Source of the DNA: a virus
Virus record (IMG/VR): IMGVR_UViG_3300042484_001385
Coordinates: 4,836 to 68,835 of that record
Length of the DNA stretch: 64,000 nt
Strand: one strand, 5' to 3'
Part shown: positions 19,015 to 29,378 of the stretch, in pieces
Numbering within the stretch: the stretch's first letter is position 1
Layout of the letters: every line of letters begins with the position of its first letter
Position numbers and translations under genes: made by a program
Notes under the pieces: generated by a model
Databases searched by the model: none
What the model was told of the DNA's origin: nothing
The model's input: only the letters and a program-made list of their open reading frames with translations

Positions 19015-19473
19015 TCAATTCTTTATTCCGTCCCAAGTTCCTATTTTAGTTGTAGGAATATTGTGATCTTCCCATAACTTTATTACATTCGGGTTATCAT
19101 CAACAGCATGTGTTACATGCCATAGTTTGTTTATTTTATCAAGCATATCCTTTTTTGCTTCATAATCTGGCCTATTGTCATTATCTGCTCTCATAAAAAG
19201 TGCATGACATCTAATGTTGTTTTTAGCAAGCCACATAGATGTTAGCCCACGATACTTTTCTTTGCGAGAGGTAACAATTAAAATAGAATGCCCATCGCTA
19301 ACAGAATTATTAAGCATCTCCAGTACACCTATATTTGGCAGGGCATCTATAGAAGCCTCGTGAAAAGCATCGTAATCCCTATTAGAGCCACGAACATAGT
19401 GCAGGTATGGATCTACATTGGCTAAAGTGCCATCTACGTCATAGATGTGTGCTGTCGGCTTAATCTTGATCAA
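19015..19473 (-). CDS. HAD-family phosphatase (PseT 3'-phosphatase-like domain)
   Basis: DVDGTLA, IVTSR, LFMR..D.RPD...K and VDDNP motifs. Confidence 0.85.
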   Translation of the reverse strand: MIKIKPTAHIYDVDGTLANVDPYLHYVRGSNRDYDAFHEASIDALPNIGVLEMLNNSVSDGHSILIVTSRKEKYRGLTSMWLAKNNIRCHALFMRADNDNRPDYEAKKDMLDKINKLWHVTHAVDDNPNVIKLWEDHNIPTTKIGTWDGIKN

Positions 19474-19724
19474 CCTTATATGTCATAATAAAATAGCATA
19501 GTGAGTATCCAATAATAATGCATGCTGGAATTAAAAATAAAATTTTAATCATTCGAAATCCTCCTGTCTTTCAAACATAGTTGTTGTATGGTTATCTTTT
19601 CCTCTTGCTACCTGTGCAGCAAGCATACGCATTCCTAATGCATTTAGTTGTGCATTATCTTCGCCAAGGGATAGACTTTCTATCTCCCGTGCAATCTCTT
19701 CTCTTAGAATCATATCATCTAAAC

Positions 19725-19946
19725 TCATTTTTTCTCCAATTTATCAATTATATAGTATGTGCCCCATAAGATATAAGGCTTATTTAAAATTACCCACATT
19801 TTTCCATGGTATTTATAACGCCAACCATAATGGCCATCTTCATCTAAGCACATAGCCTTAAACAGATGGTTACCAGCAAAGCCACCACAAATGTTCCCTA
19901 TTATTCTAAGTGGAATGATCTTAGTCTTTTGATGTTTTGTTATCAT
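19725..19946 (-). CDS. Hypothetical protein
   Basis: ORF in minus-strand small-gene cluster. Confidence 0.5.
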   Translation of the reverse strand: MITKHQKTKIIPLRIIGNICGGFAGNHLFKAMCLDEDGHYGWRYKYHGKMWVILNKPYILWGTYYIIDKLEKK

Positions 19947-20249
19947 CTTTCTCCCATATCTTTTTGCCGTCTCTATAAACTGGCCAATAGCCCAAGGCTC
20001 TCCAGTCCATCTTCGTAATCTTAGGTTCTCTTGGCATTAGTACACCATACATTCCCATCACTCATAGTTTGATGAGTATTCCAGTACAAAGGATCTTTTA
20101 TAGACATTTTACACTTACTACATTCATTTTTTTTCATTGTCTATGCCTTTTCTTATTGCCAAACTTAGATTTAACATCTGCCTTAGCCTGATTTACTATG
20201 GCGTTCGTAATCTCTTCAAGATTAAACTCTTTGTCAAAATCTTCTTCGT

Positions 20250-20468
20250 TCATGTCAACTCCTTTTCAATAGCCTGAATAGTTGGGCATGGATAGAACCA
20301 GCCATCACATTCAATACAACTGCTACCCCAATCTCCATTAGGTAAAGTTATTTCTTGTGGTTTGTGTAATTCCAACACAGCACGAATTACTATGTACGGA
20401 TGACTTAAAGTTCTACTTTTCATATAGGTCGGACTTTTTGTAGCCTCTAATAACTCTTCGTGTGTCAT
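20250..20468 (-). CDS. Hypothetical protein (C..C..YPCPT motif)
   Basis: MTHEELL start; AVLELHKP..C..C..YPCPTIQAI. Confidence 0.6.
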   Translation of the reverse strand: MTHEELLEATKSPTYMKSRTLSHPYIVIRAVLELHKPQEITLPNGDWGSSCIECDGWFYPCPTIQAIEKELT

Positions 20469-20677
20469 TAGTAACCTCCAAGACATTCGTTGCGTGTGTG
20501 AAATAATCTAATCTTTGTCATAATTTTGCGGGATGGGGCAGACATATCTTCTTTACAAGTTAAACACCTATAAGACCATTCATTAGTAAAGAAATCGTGG
20601 ATATATCCCTTGGCATTGGCATATTTCTTTGATACAAAGGTGGCAAATGGATCAGGGATATCGTAATGTTTATGCAT
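20468..20677 (-). CDS. Hypothetical protein
   Basis: ORF MHKHYDIPDPF..C..C; overlaps neighbours. Confidence 0.5.
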   Translation of the reverse strand: MHKHYDIPDPFATFVSKKYANAKGYIHDFFTNEWSYRCLTCKEDMSAPSRKIMTKIRLFHTRNECLGGY

Positions 20678-20900
20678 CTCGTCTCCAGTGCAGGTATGAT
20701 CTAATATAAACAGCACCATATGCTACTGCTGCAAAGATAAACCCATACTGGTTTGTCACTAAAGCATATGCTATCCACAAGCACTCATTGAATAATAAAA
20801 CGAACCATCCCCATAGGGTTTTTCTTCCAACAAAGTAAATACCAGATACACCAATACAGGCAAGTACCCAGTGTGCATAGTCAGCAATCCATTGAATCAT
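20670..20900 (-). CDS. Small three-TM membrane protein (PnuC half-like)
   Basis: GRK..WGW..LW..YA..QYG..Y.RSY..W pattern; leaderless promoter. Confidence 0.55.
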   Translation of the reverse strand: MIQWIADYAHWVLACIGVSGIYFVGRKTLWGWFVLLFNECLWIAYALVTNQYGFIFAAVAYGAVYIRSYLHWRRDA

Positions 20901-20927
20901 ATATCCAGTATACCTTAAGGTCAGGGT

Positions 20928-21167
20928 TTAGTCAACTGCTGTTTTTTGTTTCCACTTGGTCTTTACCCAAGTACCTATTTTATTAGTGTTAACTTTTTCT
21001 CTCAGTACTTCTGCAAAATCAGTTACTATATCAGATCCAAGATACTCTTCGCCTGTTTCTAAATCAATTAGTTTCCATTTTCCAGGAGCCTTAGTATGTA
21101 TTATTAGTTCAACTGGTCTGTCAAATGAATCTACTTCTGACCCATCTTTAAGTATCCTTTTATTCAT
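20928..21167 (-). CDS. Hypothetical protein
   Basis: HTKAPGKWKLIDLETGEEYLG. Confidence 0.6.
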   Translation of the reverse strand: MNKRILKDGSEVDSFDRPVELIIHTKAPGKWKLIDLETGEEYLGSDIVTDFAEVLREKVNTNKIGTWVKTKWKQKTAVD

Positions 21168-21376
21168 TTATGAGACAAGGCCCATAGATAAGTGCTGTAG
21201 GCATACATCAGCCACTATAAAGTCGGCGTGATCTACTACGACATCGTAATGCGTTGCATCCTTTTCGCAAAAAAAACACTTAGACTTGTTCATACATCGA
21301 TTATATCATGTTTTAAGATTCGGCGCGAAATAGAAGTAACAAACCTTCCCATGCCCCACAGGGGCAATAGCGGTTA

Positions 21377-21823
21377 CTATTCTTGATTTGCCCACTTTCT
21401 TAAATTACACAGTCCATGTGCTGGTCTTACATTTTCTAAAGTATCTGACCCACCTTTAGCCAGTGGAATCAAGTGATCTATATGCAAACCATTCTCCCAG
21501 CCCTCTATGCCAGTTTTGCGGGGAGCCATAAAATCAATGCCTAAACCACATAAGTAACAATTTCCCCCATGTAAGGCAATAACCTGGAGTTCATTATAGT
21601 TGTTAGTAATCTTTGATCTGCGTGATCTATTTTTAGATCGCTCTCTTGCTCTGACTTTATCAAGGTTTCTTATACGATAGTTGGCTGTTACATGTGCACG
21701 ATTATTTTTCTGATATCGTAATCTGTTATAAGCACTTGATGCAGCCAAACACTCAAGACAAGGTTTAGTCTTGTGGTTATGGTGTTTGCGATAACCAGCA
21801 TAGGTTCCACAGTTAGAGTACAT
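21377..21823 (-). CDS. HNH endonuclease
   Basis: CYLCG, HIDHLIPLAKGGSD..ENVRPAH..CN..K. Confidence 0.88.
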   Translation of the reverse strand: MYSNCGTYAGYRKHHNHKTKPCLECLAASSAYNRLRYQKNNRAHVTANYRIRNLDKVRARERSKNRSRRSKITNNYNELQVIALHGGNCYLCGLGIDFMAPRKTGIEGWENGLHIDHLIPLAKGGSDTLENVRPAHGLCNLRKWANQE

Positions 21824-21871
21824 TAATCCAGTATCCCATATTTGGCACGGTATGTCAAGTATAATGAGTAC

Positions 21872-22189
21872 ATGGATGAAGCAGTCTTATATATACTATA
21901 TAACCCCATATATAAGGCTGTCAAGGTGGGTATATCAGATATATCAGGCAGAAGGTTTGCAAGCCATAGGACCAAAGGTTGGATATTGATCAAGTATTGG
22001 CATTTTTTCGAACGGGATAGGGCAAGAGCCGTAGAATCTATAGTACTAAATACACTAAGGCAAAGATATGGACACTTTCTGGATAAGGCGGATATGCCTC
22101 AAAACGGATACACAGAGACCTTTGATGCCTCAAAGATAACTCGTAGGGCCTTGATCCGTATGGTCAATAAGGCAATAAAGGAATCTTGA
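21872..22189 (+). CDS. GIY-YIG/T5orf172-like nuclease domain protein
   Basis: LYIL..VKVGIS..RR..H..E..GYTETF; TATAAT-N6-ATG. Confidence 0.65.
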   Translation: MDEAVLYILYNPIYKAVKVGISDISGRRFASHRTKGWILIKYWHFFERDRARAVESIVLNTLRQRYGHFLDKADMPQNGYTETFDASKITRRALIRMVNKAIKES

Positions 22190-22198
22190 TCCCCTGGC

Positions 22199-22864
22199 CT
22201 ATATGGATGAAGTTAAACCATTTTCTTGAAGAAAATCTAAGTATTTCATCCTTTTACCGTAATTGTTTATCATATGATGTGATAGGTAAAAGTTTGTTTT
22301 ATACCTTTTATGGTGCTTGGCTACTATATCTTCTTGATGGGTGTTATCTGTTAATTTCATAAAAAATGTTTTTGAGACTGCCTGACTATGGTAAACCTTG
22401 TCAATAAATAGAACCCATGTACCCCAATCCTTAAGGCCATCTGGTCTATCAAGCATGGCTTTAAAGATATTTAACATAGGCTGTGAGTGTTTTTTAGTTA
22501 TATAATTATGGTTGTTTTCATCTGGAACTACCACCATCTGCATAGACTTATCTATATCTTTTAGTAGGTAGTCAAGTGGCTTGACACAGACAGAATCCAT
22601 ATCAGCATAACAGCCTCCATGCTCGTAGGTTACTACATACCTCCAGATATCTGACTGAAACGTTGGAGATAGGGTTTTGTATACTTCATATATTCCTGGA
22701 TATGTTCTGATTAATTCATCTCTTTGCTCATGGTCTACATATCTATAATCCCATTCAGGATTAAGGTTTTTCCATGTACCAGCGATATTGGAGATATGCT
22801 CAGGCAGTTGATCTTGTTTGTAGTTATGGGTCTGCCAGATGATTTTAGGAAATGAGTGTGACAT
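22199..22864 (-). CDS. Glycosyltransferase, GT32/OCH1-like (DXD)
   Basis: PKIIWQT, W..LNPEW.Y, SDIWRY..YEHGGCYADMD. Confidence 0.85.
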   Translation of the reverse strand: MSHSFPKIIWQTHNYKQDQLPEHISNIAGTWKNLNPEWDYRYVDHEQRDELIRTYPGIYEVYKTLSPTFQSDIWRYVVTYEHGGCYADMDSVCVKPLDYLLKDIDKSMQMVVVPDENNHNYITKKHSQPMLNIFKAMLDRPDGLKDWGTWVLFIDKVYHSQAVSKTFFMKLTDNTHQEDIVAKHHKRYKTNFYLSHHMINNYGKRMKYLDFLQENGLTSSI

Positions 22865-22911
22865 ATTTAAAGTATAACATCCAGATTTTAAGAATATGAT
22901 AGACTGTAACT

Positions 22912-23160
22912 ATGAAACCAGAACTATGTAATGCAAGCCCAGAAGGAGTAGGCCATGCAGGTGAATATGGCAAAATAGGGTTTTGTAGGTGTGGCAGATT
23001 TATATCACATGAAGTCAAGAACGGGTGTACGGTTTTAGAAACTGCTAATGATATAGAGTATCTGCCAAAGCCAGATGATTGTCAGTGTGCCCCTACAAAT
23101 TGTCCTTGTGGAGAGTTTTTATCTCATAGCGTGTTTGATCCATGTACCGCAAAAATATAG
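22912..23160 (+). CDS. Cys-rich hypothetical protein
   Basis: TAGACT-N6-ATG; repeated C.CG.F.SH motif. Confidence 0.5.
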   Translation: MKPELCNASPEGVGHAGEYGKIGFCRCGRFISHEVKNGCTVLETANDIEYLPKPDDCQCAPTNCPCGEFLSHSVFDPCTAKI

Positions 23161-23214
23161 TTATCCACAACCCAATAGGCTAAAAATATCATAGTTATCC
23201 ACAAGTTATCCACA
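23161..23214. promoter_or_regulatory. Three perfect DnaA boxes (TTATCCACA)
   Basis: Exact matches at 23161, 23195 and 23206. Confidence 0.75.
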
Positions 23215-23239
23215 GATAAATGTTACTGATAATATTATT

Positions 23240-23970
23240 AGATAGGGTAGAAGTGGAGTGAAGTGGAGAGTAGTGGAGGATGGCGCACTTTTAACGAAGG
23301 GCGTTCGTAATGCCAAACCTCAAACCTCATATCCCCAAACCTTCAAACCTTATACCACATATCCCCCATATTGTCAAACCTCATATACCATTGTAAGGTT
23401 TGGGCATTATACATGCAAAACCATGGTTTGTCAAGTCTTTTATATGCATGAAAAGCCCATAAAAAGTTCAGGGATTTTTTACGAAAGGATCATAATGTCT
23501 ACAAAAAATTCAAAAAAAGTTTATAAAGGTTTGGTATTTCAGGGAAAAATTTAGAGTCGTTCGTAATACCTTTATAGGGGTTTGTTATTAGAATAGAGTG
23601 AGTTGTTCGTACTTTGAATCCCCGCCTGCGGCGTCCTTAACAGGATTGTTATTCATTTGTTTGGCGGGGGAGACAGGAAAGAAAGCCTTGAGAGTAACAA
23701 CACTATACAACATACCACATATAGCACCAACGGCTTTATCAAACCCTATAGAGTCATGATCTGAATCATGTCTATGGGAAGAGTTCTGATACATTTGTGA
23801 GAAATGGTCTCTAGGCATATCCTTATTATACACCTGGATATGAAGGTTTGACAAATAAGGTTTGATATGGTAAACTTCTGGCGATTTTTTTCAAACCATC
23901 GTAATACATTCTGGGGAAATTTTTATAAGGTTCGTAATACCCCGCTAGAAGGTTTGACAAGGTTTGATAT
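23240..23970. repeat. Iteron-like short repeats (TCAAACC/GGTTTGA, TTCGTAAT, AGTGGAG); origin-like region
   Basis: Many caaacct/aggtttg copies in both orientations; (g/a)tcgtaat near 23303, 23559, 23898 and 23930. Confidence 0.55.
23588..23818 (-). CDS. Hypothetical protein
   Basis: TATAAT-N6-ATG on minus strand; MPRDHFSQMY... Confidence 0.45.
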   Translation of the reverse strand: MPRDHFSQMYQNSSHRHDSDHDSIGFDKAVGAICGMLYSVVTLKAFFPVSPAKQMNNNPVKDAAGGDSKYEQLTLF

Positions 23971-24022
23971 GTGTGATATATTCTAGATCACCTAGGGGGC
24001 ACCCCGAAGGGTGCTGCCCAAA

Positions 24023-24319
24023 TTACTCTGCTTTTCTTTCGTTTTTCTTTTCTTCTACGATTGCAAGCAGGTCGTCAAGGTTATCAACATCAAGAACATC
24101 ATCCTCTGTAACTTCCATTGCATCAAGGAACATTGCGAAGGTTTCATTTACATACTCCTCTGCCATTGGTAGTGGTGTTACTACTCCCGTTGCAATAAAC
24201 CATGCAAGCGGCAAGCCCACATCGTTGTATGAGATGAATGGCTTTAAGTCCTCATCATCTCTGAACTCATACCAAAACTGTCCTAAAATGCCACATCTAT
24301 CTGAAAAATCTACTTCCAT
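24023..24319 (-). CDS. Hypothetical acidic protein
   Basis: ORF; YNDVGLPLAW motif; hairpin terminator follows at ~23995-24020. Confidence 0.7.
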   Translation of the reverse strand: MEVDFSDRCGILGQFWYEFRDDEDLKPFISYNDVGLPLAWFIATGVVTPLPMAEEYVNETFAMFLDAMEVTEDDVLDVDNLDDLLAIVEEKKNERKAE

Positions 24320-24552
24320 AGTTCTGTGTAATCCTCTCCTAAGTATCCTGTCATCATTTTATCATACTCTTCACCCGCTGTCAATGCAACGACTTCAAGT
24401 CTGCGTGATACGATAACAGGGTGGTTATGTACCAAGTGAAAGCCAAGTGCTTCCAAGTTAAGCCCCATGTCCTCAGTTAGCAACTTTGCTAAACGATTTG
24501 AAAATTGTATTTCTTTTGTGCTTTCGGGTTTTCTACGAACGCTGTAAGTCAT
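24310..24552 (-). CDS. Hypothetical protein
   Basis: RBS gaggag; overlaps next gene. Confidence 0.65.
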   Translation of the reverse strand: MTYSVRRKPESTKEIQFSNRLAKLLTEDMGLNLEALGFHLVHNHPVIVSRRLEVVALTAGEEYDKMMTGYLGEDYTELWK

Positions 24553-24673
24553 GTCTCTCCTCTTTATCTATTATACAGTAAAGGACAGGGTGGCGCAACC
24601 CCCACAGGCCACGCCATCCCTATCTTTATTTATTTAATCAGCAGGTGACCCATACCTGTTGATCGATGGAGCG

Positions 24674-25036
24674 CTATGCGCTAACGTTTTGTGGTAGGTA
24701 GGCATTAATAAATAACTGCCAGTCAACCTGTAGTTTCTTGCCTGCCTCATAGATAGTCTCTTTAGCCATGTCGATAACTACCGTGGTTTCTCCTAATTCA
24801 AAGTTAGGACCAGAAATAGCATAAATACCAAACCCTAACTCACCAAGGACATCATCCTGAGTAAGATAACCAATAACCATACGGGTAAAATATGCAACAT
24901 CGTTCCAGCGTGGTTTTGCATGCTGCAGGGCCATTGCTAAGTCCCGCTGCCATTCGGTCTCACCCCAGTGGCTATAGAGTACTACAGAGGCCTCATCTTC
25001 AGCATCTTTAAATACATAGTTAATCCGTGCTCCCAT
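24674..25036 (-). CDS. Hypothetical phage protein
   Basis: MGARINY..LYSHWG motif. Confidence 0.7.
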   Translation of the reverse strand: MGARINYVFKDAEDEASVVLYSHWGETEWQRDLAMALQHAKPRWNDVAYFTRMVIGYLTQDDVLGELGFGIYAISGPNFELGETTVVIDMAKETIYEAGKKLQVDWQLFINAYLPQNVSA

Positions 25037-25360
25037 TAGTTGTCCTCCTCCTCATCAAAAATAATTACTACTTTAGTTACTCGTCCGTCCTCGTTAATGT
25101 TTGCATATACAGGGTAGAGTCCGTCTCCGTATCCCGTTGAAAATGCTACTGCTAAATTTCCTAATTGTCCAAAGCCCTTGCCAAGTGTAGCGTTACAGGC
25201 ACCAAGGTAACCATACTCGCCAACTTTATTTACATGGTCCTCAAAGTTATCTATCTCTGAATTCCATGGCTTCCAATCATCTAAATAGCATGGGTCGCCA
25301 ACAATTGCTTGTCCGCTATCTACTGCAAATTGTCCAATAAGGGTCATGTTTTCTGTTTTC
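25036..25360 (-). CDS. DUF4241-like protein
   Basis: VDSGQ..GDPCY and FSTGYGDG.YPVYA; start approximate. Confidence 0.6.
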
Positions 25361-25739
25361 ATTTTTGCTCCTCGCATAAGTGGGTTTCATCTATATCAAT
25401 AATATCATCACACAGGTCACATGTCAAGTCGGGCTCTCCAACCTGTACTTGAATGGTCAGACCATCTGGGCACGGTACCTCAGTGATAAAGTATCCTAAT
25501 CTATTTACAAATCCCCAGCCATTCCATATGTAGGTACCACCGTCATCGCCAGAACCATACATCCAAATATTTGCAGGGGATTGAGATTTAACAAAAGCAA
25601 CCTCATCACCATATGTCTCAAACATAATACCATTGCCACTCTCATCTTGGAATGAGGCATTAGTATCTATATGATTATAAATAGGTTTGTAAGTGGCTTC
25701 CCACTCGTCCATTGTCATTTCAATAAAATTATTAGACAT
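25359..25739 (-). CDS. Hypothetical phage protein
   Basis: FETYG.E..FV, G.GFVNRLGYFITE. Confidence 0.65.
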   Translation of the reverse strand: MSNNFIEMTMDEWEATYKPIYNHIDTNASFQDESGNGIMFETYGDEVAFVKSQSPANIWMYGSGDDGGTYIWNGWGFVNRLGYFITEVPCPDGLTIQVQVGEPDLTCDLCDDIIDIDETHLCEEQK

Positions 25740-26016
25740 AGTACTGCTCCTCAATATGCTTGCGGTCTATAGATAAATTATAGGTCAAGCAGTACAGTTC
25801 TGTCAATGCGTCAAGATAGCCTTCGGCATAGGTACGCTCCATGCTGTCCATGGCCTCTCCTGAGTCCTCTTCTTGTTCTTTCTTAGACTCAAGTTCTATC
25901 TCTGCGTCAATCATGGCTACTTTAAGATGACCATGTATTAAATCTATTAGTGGGATAGAGATGTCCTCTAAACCTTTTTCTAAATGTGGCGGTATAAAAG
26001 GATACTTAGCGCTCAT
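25732..26016 (-). CDS. Hypothetical protein
   Basis: ORF in operon. Confidence 0.6.
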   Translation of the reverse strand: MSAKYPFIPPHLEKGLEDISIPLIDLIHGHLKVAMIDAEIELESKKEQEEDSGEAMDSMERTYAEGYLDALTELYCLTYNLSIDRKHIEEQYYV

Positions 26017-26206
26017 CTAATACTCCTAACAAGTGGTAGCAAGCAATCATCTGTCCGTTAAGAGAAACATCCTCTATCTCTAAGTCCCTGTACTCATCCG
26101 AGTCAAGGTCATCATAGAATCCCATTTGTTTCTGTAGTTCCTCAGAGTCTTGCTCCAAGGATATTAAGTGCGCTTTGATATATTCTTTGAATGTATTTAG
26201 GTCCAT
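26006..26206 (-). CDS. Hypothetical protein
   Basis: ORF in operon. Confidence 0.6.
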   Translation of the reverse strand: MDLNTFKEYIKAHLISLEQDSEELQKQMGFYDDLDSDEYRDLEIEDVSLNGQMIACYHLLGVLDER

Positions 26207-26209
26207 ATA

Positions 26210-26416
26210 TTAATTATACGGGTTGCTGTTGATTTTTACAACTTCTGAGGGTGTGATACTCATCACATTTGGCTGTACCGTTGGCTCCAGGGCAGTACGA
26301 GTTACCCATGTATCATGTGAGCAAATACAAACGGGATCTAAAGCAGGTTCATATTGACTGGTAATCTCAATCAATGCATCACAGTCTGCACAAACATAAC
26401 TATATTTACTCCACAT
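26210..26416 (-). CDS. Hypothetical Zn-ribbon-like protein
   Basis: C..CD..C.C; contains a perfect TGTGA-N6-TCACA at 26252. Confidence 0.55.
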   Translation of the reverse strand: MWSKYSYVCADCDALIEITSQYEPALDPVCICSHDTWVTRTALEPTVQPNVMSITPSEVVKINSNPYN

Positions 26417-26868
26417 TAGTCAAAGTACCCTTCTGCCCATAGGCCCTGGAGAAAGTCTTGTGCCATTAGAATACCCTCTTTATCACCAGGGTCAGTTATA
26501 TACTTATATGCATTATGAACGGCATTGCTCATCTTATCTAAATCATCAATAGTGTAGCCTAACATTACTCCCCCCAATATTTTACAATAGTATTCATGGT
26601 AGTATGGAGATGGCAATCACAAGGGTCTCCCCCCATGTTTTCATCAAATTCAAAATGAGAATAGTTGTCCTCATAGATTTCATTAACGAGTTCGGATATT
26701 GTGTATGGTCTGTATGTTTGAGTCATATACTAATTATGACAGAATTTCAGGGAAATGTCAAGTCTATCGTAATCGGAAAATCTGGGAAATGTTATTTGAT
26801 CATCTTAATAAGTATTATCAAAAATGTCAATTCGGACATATTGGACATCTAGAATTGCCTAGGCGGTG

Positions 26869-26942
26869 CGAAGTGTACGGGACTTGAACCCGTGATCTCT
26901 ACCGTGACAGGGTAGCGCATTAACCAACTATGCTAACACTCC
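26869..26942 (-). tRNA. tRNA-Asp (GTC)
   Basis: Reverse complement GGAGTGT..CTACC-CTGTCAC-GGTAG..GGTTCAAGTCC..ACACTTC-G. Confidence 0.88.
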
Positions 26943-26946
26943 ATGC

Positions 26947-26974
26947 GAGCAGTTTTAAATCTTGCTCAGGATTT
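26947..26974 (-). ncRNA. Pseudoknot motif copy after DUF932 stop
   Basis: rc aaatc-ctgagcaa-gattt-aaaac-tgctc. Confidence 0.6.
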
Positions 26975-26979
26975 ATTTA

Positions 26980-27993
26980 TTATGCGTTAGTTAATTCACG
27001 CACAATTTTTAGCAAACGATTTTTCTCTGCGTTAATTGCAGGGTCAAATCCGCTTGCGCTTGCAAGGATAGATTCGTTAGAACCACCACGAGCAGAACGA
27101 TACCAATCAAGGCGTTCAGTTAGTGCATTGAAAGCACCCCAAGCGTTACCAGCAATCATGCCGTTAAATTCGCCTGTGTAAATGTCGTTGATTGTATCAA
27201 CTTTATTTTCCCACTTCTTGAAAGCACCCTTAGCATCTGCTTCAGGCTTTGGGTATGCAGCAAGAATGATGTCATTAAACATTTTAGCAGACACTTCTTT
27301 TTCAATCATAGCCTTAGCCATGAGGTCAAAAGAGTCCATGTATTTATGAGCCATGCCAAGAGTCTCACGAGCAACGGCAACCTTACCGCTTGCTGTCTGT
27401 GTGTGACGAATCTTGAATGATTGCTTAACGCCATTTTTCTTTTTGGTAGTGTTTAGCGCAAGGTTGAGAGTGTTAGCGCATACAACACGAACAGGTGTAA
27501 TGCTTGCCTGAATAGCGATTGAGCCGTCATGTGATGTGTTGATAAGTAAATAAGTATTTACCTTATCTGCAACACCATTAGGGTCAAGAATTGTTTCACG
27601 CTCTAATGCTAATGCACCGAATACAACACGACCACCCTTGATTGAGCCAGCCGTTTCCCAACGACCACCACCATCAAGAATGTTATCACCAAATGAGAAT
27701 AAATCCTCGTTTTGCATAACATGATAACGCTCACCAACGACACCCAAAATGTCTGTCTGTGAATTATCTGTAGGGTTAGTACGCAATACATACTGATAGT
27801 TTTTATCGCTTGTGAGATGTGTAGGGGTTTCCAAATCTTCCAGACGAACATTCCAATTAGAAAGGTTAGCCAAATCTAACATTTCTTTTGTGGTTTTTTC
27901 TTCTGTAAATACAGTACCCAATCCATGCCAAGCAGGTTCTCTAAATGATGCAAAACTTGCTACGCCATTTTGAGTTTCGAGTTCATGTGCCAT
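26980..27993 (-). CDS. DUF932 / phage-plasmid-like protein
   Basis: MAHELE..REPAWHGLG, ETAGS..GGR, LLINTSHDGS, TPVRVVCANTL, IRHT and AWGAFNALTE. Confidence 0.85.
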   Translation of the reverse strand: MAHELETQNGVASFASFREPAWHGLGTVFTEEKTTKEMLDLANLSNWNVRLEDLETPTHLTSDKNYQYVLRTNPTDNSQTDILGVVGERYHVMQNEDLFSFGDNILDGGGRWETAGSIKGGRVVFGALALERETILDPNGVADKVNTYLLINTSHDGSIAIQASITPVRVVCANTLNLALNTTKKKNGVKQSFKIRHTQTASGKVAVARETLGMAHKYMDSFDLMAKAMIEKEVSAKMFNDIILAAYPKPEADAKGAFKKWENKVDTINDIYTGEFNGMIAGNAWGAFNALTERLDWYRSARGGSNESILASASGFDPAINAEKNRLLKIVRELTNA

Positions 27994-28185
27994 GAGTTAT
28001 TTTTCCTTTTCTGTTGTTGTTTATACTAAGTTTAGCAGATAGGTCTGACAAATGCAAATCGGGATAGTTAAACATGGTCAAATTGGACATTTTTTAGGGT
28101 GATCTTAATCACAGATCGTAAATCGGTGTGTTAACTTGACAAAGTTATCCACAGGCTGCCTAGAAAATTTTTGCGGGGAATAGAG

Positions 28186-28212
28186 GAGCAGTTTTAAAAC
28201 ATGCTCAGGTTT
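28186..28212 (-). ncRNA. Pseudoknot motif copy
   Basis: rc aaac-ctgagcat-gttt-taaaac-tgctc. Confidence 0.6.
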
Positions 28213-28230
28213 ATTATTAGTAGCCCCCTA

Positions 28231-28668
28231 CTAAACCTCTATGTTGTCAATACTGGAGGACAGATAAGAAATTGAGTCTGAATTATATTCAACTGAGTCA
28301 AAATCAATTTCGTGAATTATATTTTGTACTTCGTCATCATTACGTGCATTAACAGTTACAGAATACATAACAGTTACTTCGACTTCGAATTCTTTTGTTA
28401 ACTCAAAACCGCAGATGTCTGCAATCTCTTGTGCAGTGTCTTCTGATATGGTGCCGTCACTGATTTGTTCCAAGGTCCACTCATGCATTTCATTACGCAT
28501 ACGGGAGCGCTCTGCAGACTCACCATAAGAGCGTTGAGTTACTTTTTGAATGTGCTCTTCTAATTGCTGAATACGGTTCTTGTTTTCTACTAACTGAGTT
28601 TCTAAAAACTCTCGTGTCATGTATTGATTATCTGTTTTTACTACTGAAGGAATTTGTTGCTGGTCCAT
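28231..28668 (-). CDS. Hypothetical protein
   Basis: MDQQQIP start after RBS gaggt; ORF track extends into the promoter. Confidence 0.65.
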   Translation of the reverse strand: MDQQQIPSVVKTDNQYMTREFLETQLVENKNRIQQLEEHIQKVTQRSYGESAERSRMRNEMHEWTLEQISDGTISEDTAQEIADICGFELTKEFEVEVTVMYSVTVNARNDDEVQNIIHEIDFDSVEYNSDSISYLSSSIDNIEV

Positions 28669-28732
28669 GAGGGCTACCTCTTTCTGTTTGTTGGTTAGTT
28701 TAATTATAGGGTATGGCACTGACAAATGTCAA

Positions 28733-29230
28733 TTACCAAGATGATGAATAATAGAATGATAACTTATCTACTTCAGGCAAGGCAAAGATACGCTTCAACT
28801 GAGTAATAGTATTTTCAATGTCTCTCCAATACCATTCGTCGATATCTGTGCTACCAAAGAAGAATCCACCCTGTGGCTGGAGCAGGGAGGGGTCCCTGTT
28901 TTCAAATGAGTGCTCGCATATGATTAGCAACTCTTTTAGTTTATCTTGTGAGACATAGTAATCACCGCAGTCATCCTCACCGTTTTGGATTTCTCTTACG
29001 AACCAAGAATGTATCTGATTAGCCTTGCGCCAATAGGCACAGGTAACCGATACCTCTGCTCCATAGATATCTGTAGCGACATCTGTTAGTTGTGTTATTT
29101 CCATTAGGTCGTTGAATTTAGGATATACGGCTTCAGGTGATGAATAAGATAATTCATCATTTGACTGTAGTGCTTGCCAATTAATCTTGGCTAAGTGTTT
29201 TCTTGCGTTGAGATACATATCTAATCCCAT
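28733..29230 (-). CDS. Hypothetical phage protein
   Basis: MGLDMYL, YWRKANQIHSWF, GFFFGS..DEWY and YYSSSW motifs recurrent in phages. Confidence 0.75.
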   Translation of the reverse strand: MGLDMYLNARKHLAKINWQALQSNDELSYSSPEAVYPKFNDLMEITQLTDVATDIYGAEVSVTCAYWRKANQIHSWFVREIQNGEDDCGDYYVSQDKLKELLIICEHSFENRDPSLLQPQGGFFFGSTDIDEWYWRDIENTITQLKRIFALPEVDKLSFYYSSSW

Positions 29231-29342
29231 TGGGGCTCCTTATTGTTTGTTTATTTTAATTATACTGTAGTGGTCTGACAAATTTGGCCCACTACCCCAG
29301 GGGATCTGGCTAACCATAGCGTGAAACGCAGGGGAGAGGGTT

Positions 29343-29369
29343 AAGCAGTTTAGCCTCATGCTTAGGAGG
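29343..29369 (-). ncRNA. Pseudoknot motif copy with compensatory changes
   Basis: rc cctc-ctaagcat-gagg-ctaaac-tgctt. Confidence 0.65.
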
Positions 29370-29378
29370 ATTATCTAA

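Noticed and set aside
23258-23554. 98-aa ORF across the repeat region
   Set aside because: Composed of the iteron-like repeats; no recognisable protein features
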